Shown one piece after another: positions 1-11,540 of a DNA stretch of 64,000 nucleotides. The stretch is from NCBI GenBank assembly GCA_000182565.2, contig KQ257469.1; one strand, given 5' to 3'. Below the pieces are notes generated by a model. That model searched no databases. It was given only the letters and a program-made list of their open reading frames with translations, and was not told the DNA's origin. Source of the DNA: Spizellomyces punctatus DAOM BR117. Taxonomy: Eukaryota. The position numbers were made by a program, and so were the translations under genes. Each line of letters starts with the position of its first letter. Position 1 is the stretch's first letter.

Positions 1-99
1 AAATATCCTCGTGCCCCGAACATCATGACCGTTATCCTTCATAAAATGTTTCGAGAAACACTTCGGCCCGGACTGGACGAAACCTTTCCTCCGTTTTAG

Positions 100-689
100 G
101 TTCGGCAGGCTGGTTCGTTGCGATATTCCTGCTCCCAAGTCAGCTAGGAGTCTGCCATTTGCGTTTGTCGAGTTTGAGGATTATCGCGATGCAGACGATG
201 CTTACAATAGCATGCATGGAAAGATGATTGATGGTGATCGAATTGATGTTGAGGTGCGTGTCTCTACGCACGTTCTGTGCTTATTTTGCTATTGCTTCGT
301 TTTATTGATTGTGATTTCGTATCCAGTTTGCAAGGAATCGACCCCTAACTACATGGCGGTACGAAGGGCGTGCTCGTTCCCGCTCACGCAGTCCCCCTCG
401 GAAACGTTCTCGCACTCCACCTCGTAGGCGGTCCCGTACTCCGCCGAAGCGCAAACGATCTCCGTCGCCTCGCAGGCGGTCCCCCTTGCGCAATTACAAA
501 GAAAGATCGCCGCCACGCACGAGGCATGGGTCCCCTCGCCATCAAAGCTCATCCCCGCCCAATTGGGCCGATAGCAGTGCCTGGAGTGACAAAGCTACCA
601 AGGACGAGGACAACAATCTTGCTGGTGGATGGGGCTCCCCCGGTGGCGAACACCCGCGTACTCCTCCACCGGAAAGTGGGGGCTGGTAG
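100..689 (+). CDS. SR-family splicing factor (RRM + RS/RP-rich tail), 5' part outside the window
   Basis: Exon 100-253 reads FGRLVRCDIPAPKSARSLPFAFVEFEDYRDADDAYNSMHGKMIDGDRIDVE (RNP1 FAFVEF). GT-AG intron 254-326. Exon 327-689 reads FARNRPLTTW..RSRSRSPPRKRSRTPPRRRS.. to a TAG stop. Confidence 0.85.
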
Positions 690-1783
690 CCGGTTGTGGA
701 TACGAGTCCAGGCTGTCAGTCATATACTCATGCGATGGAATATGACCGCAGTTTAGCATTGCTATTTATCATGGTTTGTAATCTACTCACGGCGTGATTC
801 CGGTTGGTGTTGTGTTGGTATCCTTTTACTGGTAGCAATCATGTGACGTGGGTTAACTGGGGGCACGTATGAAGAGCGAATTATCATGTGGGCTACTGGA
901 AGGCGCTGTGAATGTGGTCTATTAGCGAAAAAAGTCGTGCGTGATTGGTCCGCTGGTTATTAATTGCATTTATCGATACAATATATGTCTTGGTTTTCCT
1001 CGTGCAAATGTTTGCCCTTTTCTTACAGATAGTGACTTGGTGTTCCTTGGAGCTGTTTTTTGGGGAGCTTTGAAATGTCGACGTGTTCTGATTACGTAAC
1101 GCGTCGTGTCATCAATTTGACGTAAGGAGAAGTGATTTCCGAATCTCACCTGGTTTCGTTTTTCAGTTTCCATTTGTGTGAACCTTCAAACTCCCCGTCA
1201 ACTTGCTCTTTTAAGTTTTTAAAAAAGATCAAAACAAGATGATGTGTTTTGGTTTCCTCCAAGAGCCAAAGAGATCGATTGACCGAAAGTCCGACCAGGA
1301 CACTTCCACTTATTAGGAATTTGCGTAATGGGCAATTACTAACATTACATGCTGCGCAGGAAGGAATGCCATCCGATTTCCTGGCAACGGACCTGATGGA
1401 AGGCAGCAGGGAACCCGCATGACTCGCATGACGGCATTAGGATTTCTCATGTTCTTTTGGAAAGACTCCACGTTTTTGTCAGGAATATGACACACAATGA
1501 TGAGATTTCTGGTTTCGTCATGTGTTTTTTTCCCAATGGAGAGAATATATGGAGAAACGAGCAAGCATAAAAAGGGGGGCCTGGACAGGTCTTCCATCCA
1601 TCGCCAGACTCCCAATTTCGAACAGATAACATCTGACAACTTTAAACCTTCATTGCTCCTTTCTTACGTGGTTGTTCCCGCCAACCAGCATTTTCTACAC
1701 CTCCTTTCACCTTGATCCCGCGCATCCACATTTAACGTCTCCCAAACCACAACGTCCTAGCTACCTATAACCTATTCATAAAA

Positions 1784-2390
1784 ATGTAAGTCGCCTTGCT
1801 GAGACCACTCACCGAAAAACACCACTCACTCACACCATGTTCATCACATAGGGCCGTCTTTACTTCCTACCGCAAACAAATGTGGTCAGCTGTCTACACC
1901 CTCTTCTGCCTATGGGGTGTAGCATGGCTCATCGCCTACTTGTTCCGCTCACTCGTGTCAAACCGGAAAGGAACGGGCACCGCTGGAACGTTGGGCCAAA
2001 CTGAGAGTGCTGGAACTGTGACGGGAAACAATGTCACTGGGCCCGGAAAACATCCTATGGTAAAGTTCTTTTTTGTTTCCGCACTCTTGATCGCTCCATT
2101 CATTTCATTTAATAAACTTCTCTTTTCTTTTTAACTAGCACTGGCGCGCAACCTCTGCAGCTCGCATCGCTCAAACCTCCTTCCTCATGGCCCTAGCCGC
2201 AACCACCATCAGCGAATTCGGATATGGAATCACTCGAGCCTCATCTGGACTCTTGTGGGCATTTTTCGCATTGACTGTTTTGCACATCTTTGTTGCCGCT
2301 GCTGTGAGGAACTTGGGCGTGCCGATCGCGTTGGGTCTCCCACAGTTTCTCTTGATTGTTGTTATCATAGGATTGGCTTTTAGGGATTAG
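1784..2390 (+). CDS. Small multi-pass membrane protein of unknown function (about 150 aa, 3 exons)
   Basis: AT|intron 1786-1851|G GCC GTC gives MAVFTSYRKQMWSAVYTLFCLWGVAWLIAYLF. Intron 2060-2138 joins in frame to HWRATSAARIAQTSFLMALAATT..LLIVVIIGLAFRD*. About four hydrophobic segments. Confidence 0.65.
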
Positions 2391-2877
2391 GCATAGTTTC
2401 TTTTTTTGAGTTTTATTTTTTGGGATATGTTTGTTTTTTTTTTGGCAAAGTGTGCGGGGGATATGAGTTTGGTTTACCGTAATGGACGGGAAGGAAAAGG
2501 GTTTGGTATCCTTTACGTTTTTCGGGCTGGTTATCCCGTGTCTCTTGTCAATATCTGTATGCTGAGACTTGGGATTCCCTTCTATCCGTAGTATTGTAGG
2601 TTTGTCGTTCTAGTTTAATTCAAGTTTCATGCATCATTGTTCTAATTTCATAGGCTGATACTGCCAAAACGCAGTCGTGCTTACCAACATCATCGCTTTA
2701 TTCAATCAGCAATGTGGCGCAGTTGATGCGGCTTAGACTGCAAAACAACCGGCTCGATCCGCCCTTGCCAGCTATATATTGCGATCGCGACTTACGTACG
2801 TGGGAACTTTGCTGTTCGCAATTTTCCCACCGACTGAAATCTCTGCGATATAGCATTACTCAGTTTCTGTTGAAGTC

Positions 2878-4605
2878 ATGTCCCCCCCTCCCGATAATAG
2901 CGTAGCTCACAGCCCTTCAGAAAAGGATTCGTCCTCTGAACAACCCAGCTTGTCCGCCCGCGACTTTGCTGCCACGTCAGCCGTGACCGACACTCCAGCA
3001 AACAATGACCCAACCGGTCCTTCTGGCGAATGGCAAATCGTTCAGAACGTTGCCGGTCGGACCTCACAAGAAAACGACAGTAAGAGTCTGGACACAGCGA
3101 AGACCGAGTCCGCAACGTCGTCATCGCAAAGCACAAATGTCAGTCCCTCCGCACCATCTACTTCAGGTCCTACTGAAGTAGGTCCTGAGACAACAACCAA
3201 GACACCTGTGGATCGTCCCCTTGAGGCTCCGTCCATTCTTCTGGAATCGCGTACTATTACTGCTGAGATTGAATTTGACGTCGATCTGGAGCGTAAAACC
3301 TGGTACAGGAGTCCCGCGTTTGGCCATCCCCGAGAGGAATGGAGGGTTACTTTGGACCAGGATCGGAAGACGGAGCAAGTTGGATGTTTCCTAGATGCAA
3401 TCATTGGCTCTGACGAATATGAGAAACGCTCTGTAGAGTTCACTTTGAGTTGGAAGCTGAAATCTGATCGCGAATACTTACATAGTAAAAAGATTGAATA
3501 TTCCTTCGGCTGGCGTTCCACTGATGATCCTGGTCGGGGTGCTCCTGAATGGATTCCATTATCGGTCTTTCCAGCGAACGTGATCATTAAAGTGGATCTG
3601 GCTCCCAAGAAGATTGTCGACAAGGATGTGAAAGTCGAGATTCGTGCCAACCCGGAGGCTGTCGAGCCAGAAAAGGTCTTGACTATCGCGAAGTCGAAGC
3701 TTTACGCAAAGGGCAACTTGTTTAGTTACATGTTTGAGAGTGGTGGAGAAGCTGTGGATGGATGCATATTCGATGAATCAGTAAACACTTTCAAAATTAG
3801 TGGATACTCTGTCGTGGCAGTCGAAGAGATGATCTTACACCAACGCGAGGATGCCTTTGCCTACATGCCGAAAGCGTACGAAATGGACGAGTTGAAGGAG
3901 AGAATACGTCTGGCAAGGTTTTTTGGCGCCCGGGATTGGCTTTCAGAACTGGTTGCCTCTTTTCGTCAGGATCATCTGAATCACAAAACCGTAATGGAGC
4001 ATCTCATGTTTGCTGTCGCAGATGGGGAAGAGAAATGGGAGCTCAGCAAGGAAATCTATCAGGAGCTATGCATGAAGTACATGGACAGGTATCCAAGCCG
4101 TTACAGCACCACAGGACACTTTAATAGACTGCTCCCGGTGAATCTGAAGCCGAGAGAAGCCTTGCAACTTTTCGAATTGGCTTTTGACTACGCAAACATC
4201 GGCCTTGAGAATACTTGCTTGGAATTTATCGACACCAATAACTTGAGCAGGGAATGGAGGGGGTCATACGCTTTTGCCAATTACGGAGTGATGACCCTGA
4301 TTCCGTATATTGTAGAACGTGGTTTGACCACCCTAATGCCTGAATGCATCGAAGGTCTCAAACATATTGAAGGTGAATATACGGATCGTGAATACTGGCT
4401 GGAGGGATTCAAGTATTGCAAGCGATTCTCCGGAGTGGCAGTCGTTAGGAATCTGTCCGTTGCGGCACAAAACAATTGTCCTCGACTCGCGCGCATACTG
4501 TTGAAATGGGCCAAAGAGAATCTGCAAGAATTCAAGAAGGAGAAAGGTTTCAAGGATGCCGTTGCCGGTCTTCCCAGTGCTATGGTCGTGGAACTTTTAG
4601 CTTAG
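2878..4605 (+). CDS. MATH/TRAF + BTB/POZ protein (SPOP-like Cullin3 adaptor architecture), intronless
   Basis: 575-aa ORF. MATH-like motifs SPAFG..WRVTL..VGCFL..GRGAPEWIPL, then BTB-like KDVKVEI..IAKSKLYAKGNLFSYMFESG..E..FKISGYSVVAVEEMI, then a helical BACK-like region. Confidence 0.7.
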   Translation: MSPPPDNSVAHSPSEKDSSSEQPSLSARDFAATSAVTDTPANNDPTGPSGEWQIVQNVAGRTSQENDSKSLDTAKTESATSSSQSTNVSPSAPSTSGPTEVGPETTTKTPVDRPLEAPSILLESRTITAEIEFDVDLERKTWYRSPAFGHPREEWRVTLDQDRKTEQVGCFLDAIIGSDEYEKRSVEFTLSWKLKSDREYLHSKKIEYSFGWRSTDDPGRGAPEWIPLSVFPANVIIKVDLAPKKIVDKDVKVEIRANPEAVEPEKVLTIAKSKLYAKGNLFSYMFESGGEAVDGCIFDESVNTFKISGYSVVAVEEMILHQREDAFAYMPKAYEMDELKERIRLARFFGARDWLSELVASFRQDHLNHKTVMEHLMFAVADGEEKWELSKEIYQELCMKYMDRYPSRYSTTGHFNRLLPVNLKPREALQLFELAFDYANIGLENTCLEFIDTNNLSREWRGSYAFANYGVMTLIPYIVERGLTTLMPECIEGLKHIEGEYTDREYWLEGFKYCKRFSGVAVVRNLSVAAQNNCPRLARILLKWAKENLQEFKKEKGFKDAVAGLPSAMVVELLA

Positions 4606-4702
4606 TACTTGGACGGGCATATGTTAGGATCTATTATTGCGCGAATTATATGTTAGGGTGGTGGATTGCAGAATGTCAGGGAGAATAATGTATATCATTG
4701 AG

Positions 4703-4748
4703 TTGTATATCGCTTAGTTTGTATATCGCTTAGTTGTATGTCGCTTAG
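4703..4748. repeat. Three copies of TTGTAT(A/G)TCGCTTAG (15-16 bp minisatellite)
   Basis: Units start at 4703, 4719 and 4734, downstream of the MATH-BTB stop codon. Confidence 0.85.
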
Positions 4749-5171
4749 GTGTTATGAAATAAGAAGTTGCTGTATATGTGCTATTGTACTGACGACTATT
4801 TATTTATCGAGTTTGTTTAGCACTTTTGTCCTAGACGGCGTTGAAGGGAAGAATGTCATGCAATTATTCGTCTTGCCTCTCACCCACAGAAATCTGCTCG
4901 GCCGCAATTACTTGTTGCCTTTTCGTTCAAGCACCACGGAAGCATAATGCGAGAACACATCGACTATGGTGAGCATGTTGCAAGTGATCGCGCGCGCTAA
5001 GCCTCATAACGTAAGCCTCAAAGTGGCTTAATCGGGTTGAGCTTCGGCCAGTACCGTCTATGCAAATGTGCTTGGATAAAAGAACCACAAAGCATTAAGC
5101 GATTCTCTACACATTTTCCCCAATCTACATATAAAAAAAAATAAAAAAGAGAACATATCCATAAAGAAAGG

Positions 5172-8100
5172 CTATCCACCCCCCATTGACTCTCTCCTCT
5201 CACCCCCAACATCCCCACTCAATTGTCGCTCTACAGGTGATATAGGCACCGATTCGCGGCGCTTACTGGATTCTTTCAGAAGGAAGGAGATCCACATATC
5301 CGTAAAGGACTACATGAAACCGGGCGTTAGATTCCAAATTATCAAATACGAAACCCCATTTGGACATACCTCTCCCACAGCCTCCCTTCTCTCCACCTCA
5401 CCCGCCCCCCGACTCCTCACCAATCCCACTCGAACTTTTTCCTCCTCCTCAAACTTCAACACACTCGAAATGACGCTCAAAATCTCGAACCTCTTGGTAT
5501 CACCCCTGGGAGCAGACAGGAAGGACACAAGGAGGTTGGTGATGAGGCGTCTGTCCACGTTTTCTTCAGAGGCGGCTGCGTCTCGCATCCGGCGCATGGC
5601 TTCGGAGAGATGCGCCTGGAGTTGGATGACTAGGCAGAGTATGTGTGAGATGAAAGCCTTCCAATGAACTACAATGTCTTTTTGAGTAATTACCGTCATG
5701 TCGCAGTTTACCAATCACAACATTCTTTTCCTGCAATTCAGCCTGTATTCGTTGCAAGCTTGGCGCATCCATTCCAATTTTCTCTAACCGTTCCTCAGCT
5801 TTGGAAGCTCGGTCCTTGTATCCCTCCAATTCAGCTTGCACGCTCTTGAGCCGCTCATACACATCCTCAACGGCACCCGCGATTTCCCGCTCTTTAGAGA
5901 TTTGAAATTCCTCCAGGACGCGTTGGAGGTTAGATGCCGCAAAAGCTTCGCGTTCTTTTTCAAGTCGGAGTCGCTCCATGTCTTGTTTAATGGTTTCCAT
6001 TGTTTCGTGCATCTCGTTGACCCGCTCGAGGGCAGCGCGAGCTGCATCCCTTTCCTGAGCAGCAGCTTCCTCCCACTGCTCACGGTCACGTTCGAGCGTC
6101 TCAATTTGCCGAATGTATTCTTTGATGACGGTTTCCTGGTGAAGCGCATCCTGGACTTGGGCATCCTCTGTTTCCATTAAATGAGACCGGAGACGATCAA
6201 GCTCGCGTTCCAGGCGGCCGATACGTTCGCCGGCGGATTCAAGGTCAACGTGGAGACGGGCAGTTTCAGTCATGGAAGATGAGGCCTTGGAGCGAAGTTG
6301 GTCATTGGTGGCTGTTAGCTGGGCAAGTTGGTTTTGAAGCGCCTCATTTTCTTGAGAGAGGAGTTGGACTTCCTGCCGCAGTTTTTGCGATGTTTCCTGT
6401 CCACCAGAATATTAGATGCATGGTATGGGACGACTGGTTCATCAAACTTTACCAGCTCTGCCTGCAGTTTAGGCGCAATGGCATTCTTCATGGTCGTCAA
6501 CTTATCCATCAACATTGTTTTCTCGGTGCCGAGTCTCTTGACGTCCTCCACAGCAGCGTCATATTTGGCTCGCAGGTCCGTCAAATCCTGTCCAGATCCT
6601 GACGCTTGTTCTAATTCATTGACGAGGTCAGATATTCTCTTTTCGTACTCTGGATTCCCATTTGTGAGTAAACAATCTTTATCGCCCATCTACGTAAAAA
6701 GACGTACCAGCTTTGATCTGCTCGTTCGCGGCCATCAATTCCGCCCGGACCTGTTCGACCCGTTCCGACACGCTATCCCCTTGTTCCATAGCCCCTTTTC
6801 TGAGCTCCTTTACCAGTTCTCCAACCTCCAAAAGCTGTTGTTTAACCATATCCGGAACACCATCTTGTGCACCAGAACCAATCTCCTCATTATGTAAAAT
6901 AGCTCTACATAAAGCCAAAATTCCTTCTTCAGCAGTTCCAAAATTGTTTTCTGCCTGCAAAGTCTCAAGGCCACGCTGGGCCTGTTCCAAAGCCACCGAT
7001 AAGGTATCCCTCTCCCGTTGTAACGCATTAAACGATTGCGAAAGTTTCGCTATCTTGTTTTCCAACTCCCGTTCCCGGTTCTCATCCGAGCGGTGTCTCG
7101 CCAAGAGATCCTCCAATTCCGCAATCCGCATAGCATCCTCCTGTCGTCCTTTTACGTAGGGTCCAACAATTCTAGCCAGATCAGATTGGTGTTCTTGGTC
7201 TTCTTTTTCTAATATTTCCTGGAATTCGGCTTCAGTGCGTTCTGCAGCGGATCGGAGGTCCTGGATTTGGTTGCCAAGAATTGTGATCGTTTGGTGGGCG
7301 TTGTCGAGGCTTGCGGCTTTTTCGTCGAGGGCGGCCTGGAGGTTTATGAGGGTTGCGTCTCTTTCGGCGAGATTAGTCTGGAGATCTTGAAGGGTTGCGT
7401 CTCTTTCGGCAAGGGCGGTCTGGAGGTTTTGAAGGGTTGTTGCTTGTTCGTTCGTATGATGAGAGGTATCATTCAGTGCAGTTAGCTGGTGCTGGAGTGA
7501 CTGTATTTCAGCGTCTTTGGACGAAAGCTCGTTCATCACACGCTCGTACTGGTCCTGCAACTTTCTCACTTCCATTTTGCTCTCCTCGGCTATTTGAGAC
7601 GCCTTCCGAGCACCTTCCTTCGCCACCTGACACTCTTCTTCCAACTCCTCGCAGCGCCGACGTGTATCTTGCAATTCCGTTCCCTTCTCCGAAAGGGTTT
7701 GAAGTAGCTCCCGTTCATTGTGCTCTAAACCTTCGATGCGAGCCTGGAGATCCGTATCGATTCCAGGCACATCTAAATCCCATGCATTCGCGACAGTTGA
7801 GTCAGATTTGGATTGCTCAAGCTGTCGAGCCAGAGCATCTTGGCGTGCCTGACTCTCCTCCATCATTGCTTGTAATCGCCCATTCTCATCCGTAAGTCGT
7901 TGTACCAAATCGGACAGCGACTGGTGTTGGTCCTTGTATTGGCTGACGGAAATGAGTTCATTTTCTAATTGGGTATTTGTTTCGGCGATGGCGGAAAAGC
8001 GGGCTTCCAATTGTTCGTGGGCAGTTTGGATTTCTGATAACTGCTGTCGAACCTTGTGAGTTTCTTGCTCAGCGGCCTCCCGGGCAGTATTCGCATCTTG

Positions 8101-9228
8101 TTCAAGCTTGTTATCCAATCGTAGACGAGCAAGCTCCTCGGTCAGTGTGTCCAGTTGACCGGTCTTTGCAGCATCTTCATCCCGAACCTTCTCCAATTGT
8201 GAGGAGAGCTCGGTAACATATGAATTTAGCCGTGCAATTTCATTTTGTGCTTCTTTGGCTGTTGAGTCTGCTTGAGCATGTTCAGAACCTAATGCATCGA
8301 TCCGTCGAACCAGTGCTTCCTCTCGTGCAATGCTCTCTTGGTACTTTTCTTCTAATTGCCGTGTATACTCTTTTACCGCGTCCAACTCTGGGCGCAACGT
8401 TTGTGCTTCCGTTCCATTTTCGTGTACAGGAGCTCTCGAGGCAGTTTCCGACTTTAGTTTCTCCACCTCACTTTTCAACGCTGCAACCTCTTTCTCTATC
8501 TCTCCCTTTTTCTTTTCTGTATCCCCAACCCTTTGATTCAATGCGGCATTCTCTCCAGTCAAATGCTTCAAATGCTGCACTGCCTTTGCCAATTTTGCCC
8601 GATACGACTGTATTTGTTCTGCTTCCGATAATTGCCCGGGAACAGGTGATGGGGGTGGTTGGGGTGAAGAATGGGTCGAGGACGATCGAAGCTGGGCAAT
8701 GCGCGCTTCAAGGCCTTGGATGTGATGATCTTTTTGTAAAAGCTGGGCAGCAAGGTCGGTTTGAATTCGGGACAGCTGCCGGGCGGATGTAGTGTGTAAG
8801 TCGTGGAGCAGTGTGGTGAAGGGTTCGCGTGTTTTCTATATATTTCGGGTTTTGTTTGTCGGCACTTTTTGTTTGGTTTTTTTTTCTTTTACAAAGCCGG
8901 CCCCCAAATCACTCAACATGACATGTCCCATGTCGTGAAACACATATCCCTCCGTCGCATTCGCAATGCACGTCCGCCAAAAACAGCACACCTCTACATG
9001 TCGAAACAAAATAAAACTCACCTCCTCCTCCAAATCCCGGTTCCGTCGTTCCAGGGCCTCAGCCCTCGAATCTCCAAAATCTCCACCAACATCCCACCCC
9101 TCCCCTCCACGCACACCATGTCCCTGCGACGCATGATCGTCATTCAAGGCCGTCTCTGCGATCGATTGGACCTTGGATGCAAATGAGCCGATACTCCCTG
9201 CCAACTTGTTGGTATCAAACCATGACAT
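5172..9228 (-). CDS. GRAB-domain golgin (GMAP-210/TRIP11/Rud3 family), multi-exon coiled-coil protein
   Basis: Starts MSWFDTNKLAGSIGSFASKVQ at 9228. Long heptad exons (6679-8592, 5566-6273). GRAB motif EENVDRRLITNLLVSFLSAPRGDTKRFEILSVISSVLKF. Last exon SFTDMWISFLLKES (GA1-like) ends at a stop at 5172. Confidence 0.85.
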
Positions 9229-9968
9229 TTCAGAGCTGTGTGCGGGAGGATGGGGATAAGATGCTTGCGGGTGAGAAGCGCGGATGCCAGAGGCATGCAG
9301 ATGCCTTAAATGTCGTCTCGTCGCCCCGTCAATAGAGTTTGTTGGCGCGTTCACCGTTTCCGTCCCAGAGCTGGCTGTGTACTAAACCACCGAGTGCGCA
9401 GTAAAGTCTGATTACGATAACAATTGCCGACTCGCCGGAGTTTTTCCTCGGTTATCAAGTGTCAAAGTATCCTGACATGCGGCGCTTGACAAATTTCTTG
9501 GGTGAGTTATTGTTAATCCACGCTCACCCAACTTCTCCAATCCTCCCAAATCACGCTGACGAAATCTACGCAGGATTACCAACCACATGGATTTAAACTC
9601 CATCCTGCGCTCACGCTGCCCCTGATTCGTATCAATCAGCGGCAATGAGGGTTCCTACCGCACCACGGCGCCGAGACATCCATTCATGGGGACGAGACAG
9701 TGGGTTGGGAGATTAGGGTTGTGTTATTTTTGAGTGGGAGACGGGTATAGTGTCACTTGGGGTTTTTAAGGTTACAGATCTACAGCTCAATGTCTAGACG
9801 GTGGCAGGCCGCTGAAGAAATGAGGGATCGGAAGCTTCTTTGACATTTTCAGTTTTTTTTTCGGACGGCACAGAGTAAATGTGAGGGATATAAAACAACC
9901 TGCAGAGGACGACCAGTCCCTGCCGTGGACAAGTCAGTACTCCCAGGACCCATTGACCACAGAAGAAT

Positions 9969-10901
9969 ATGGCTTTCTACAAGCGAGCCAAACTGCCTCG
10001 CAGCGACTCTGCGGAAACCATCGTCTCAGGCGTTGATCACCTCACGGTCTACACCCATAACACCGCCTGCCTCCCCGTTGACCCAGCCTATCACCAAAAC
10101 ATCACCCGCCTAACCTCCTTCCAGCAATCCATTGAAGAAAGCACATATGACATTGTCGCCCTCCAAGAGATATTCGAAACCATCCATCCTCCCTCCGCAG
10201 AGCTCATGTCGCAAGAACTTCACCATAGCATCACAGGCAGAATCCGAGTAATTATGAAAACATTCAAAAAGAACGGTCTGGGAACGACAAAGCACAAACG
10301 ACGACGCTTGAGTTCGTTTCACAGTATAGGAACCCGGTTCAATAAGCAGTTCTTTAGGAGGATTGATGGGGGGTTGTTGACGTATTCTCGGTGGGATTTG
10401 TGTACCAAGGGTCGAGAGCGGTCCAGGTTTGTTCCCTTCAAGGTCCAAACGGATCCCATGGAGCGCGGAATGCTGCTGAGTGTCGTGCAAGTTCCGGGAC
10501 ACTCACCGATCCTCCACATCAACACCCACCTTTCCCCCGACTACCACCCCGAATCACAACGAATTCGGACGCTCCAGATTCTCGAAATCATTCATGAGGT
10601 CTCTACGCGATACGCGGCACTCTCATCTCGGATCATCCTCACAGGAGATCTGAACATCGACCTCCACGGCCCGCAGAAGAACCAGTTGGATCTGTTGATG
10701 GCTGGACTGCAGTTGACCACGTTGAACGAGAGTCGATTGCCACCTGTCACATTTGTTGGGAACGAGAAAGATACGCATGCGGCTGTTTTGGACTATGTGT
10801 TAGTAAGTGAGGCGTTGGGTGAGATAGTTGACCTACGGGCAGTTGACGGAGCCATGTTTGGAGATCATGTTCCAATGGTTGCAACGGTTGCGCTCAAGTA
10901 A
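9969..10901 (+). CDS. Endonuclease/exonuclease/phosphatase (DNase I-fold) enzyme, possibly sphingomyelinase-like; intronless
   Basis: EEP motifs in order: YTHN, DIVALQE, INTHL, ILTGDLN, LDYVLVS, GDHVP. Confidence 0.85.
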   Translation: MAFYKRAKLPRSDSAETIVSGVDHLTVYTHNTACLPVDPAYHQNITRLTSFQQSIEESTYDIVALQEIFETIHPPSAELMSQELHHSITGRIRVIMKTFKKNGLGTTKHKRRRLSSFHSIGTRFNKQFFRRIDGGLLTYSRWDLCTKGRERSRFVPFKVQTDPMERGMLLSVVQVPGHSPILHINTHLSPDYHPESQRIRTLQILEIIHEVSTRYAALSSRIILTGDLNIDLHGPQKNQLDLLMAGLQLTTLNESRLPPVTFVGNEKDTHAAVLDYVLVSEALGEIVDLRAVDGAMFGDHVPMVATVALK

Positions 10902-11063
10902 ATGGGAAAAGTTGTAAAGCTCGTTGTACATATGTGTGTAGTAGAGCTCGCAAGGTATATAGGTACTGCGCTTCGGGATTCGTTATTGTGCATAATATCT
11001 TAGACAAGACGTAACCAGACAAGACAACAATTATGAATTGCGCAAAGTCGAGCGAGACATTGT

Positions 11064-11540
11064 TCAGTCAAAGAGGCCTAAAGTAAACAGTTCATTAGGA
11101 ACATGTCCAGACCTTACCCAAAAGCACATCACGCTCACCAAACCCCATATCTTCATCAGATTCCTCCTCCACCTCCGGCTCCTTCTTCTGTTCCTCCGGT
11201 TTCTTCTCTTCCTCCCCCTTGACTCCATGTGCCTCTCCACCACCGCTTCTTACAGCCCCCAAAACAGCCTTATCCATAAACGCCTTGAGCTCATCAGTCG
11301 GCTTCACACGGAGAGCTTTTGCAAACGTCTCAGGCCAAATAGGGTCAATCTGAATATGAGCTGACTCGAGGAGAGCCTCGAGGTTTTCAGTCTAGAAGAA
11401 CAATCGTGTGAGAACGTGAGAACGCTTGAGTAGTGAAGAAACGACAAGGACTACAGCACAGTAACAGGTTTGTTGGCGTCAAGAAGAAGGAGTGAGGCGT
11501 AGACGCAGGACGCTTCGGCAGTCGATAGGTTGAAAGACAT
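11064..11540 (-). CDS. RPP1: 60S acidic ribosomal stalk protein P1-like (3 exons)
   Basis: MSFNLSTAEASCVYASLLLD..ENLEALLESAHIQIDPIWPETFAKAL.., ending in the P-protein tail EEESDEDMGF|GLFD*. Confidence 0.85.

Noticed and set aside
3148-3155. CTCCGCAC matches to the TIR tip (also near 16744)
   Set aside because: 8-bp matches inside coding exons with no extension or partner. I saw no MITE or ghost copy elsewhere in the window by eye.
7308-7437. 42-bp repeats
   Set aside because: Explained as coding double-heptad repeats (ATLQDLQTNLAERD) within the golgin.
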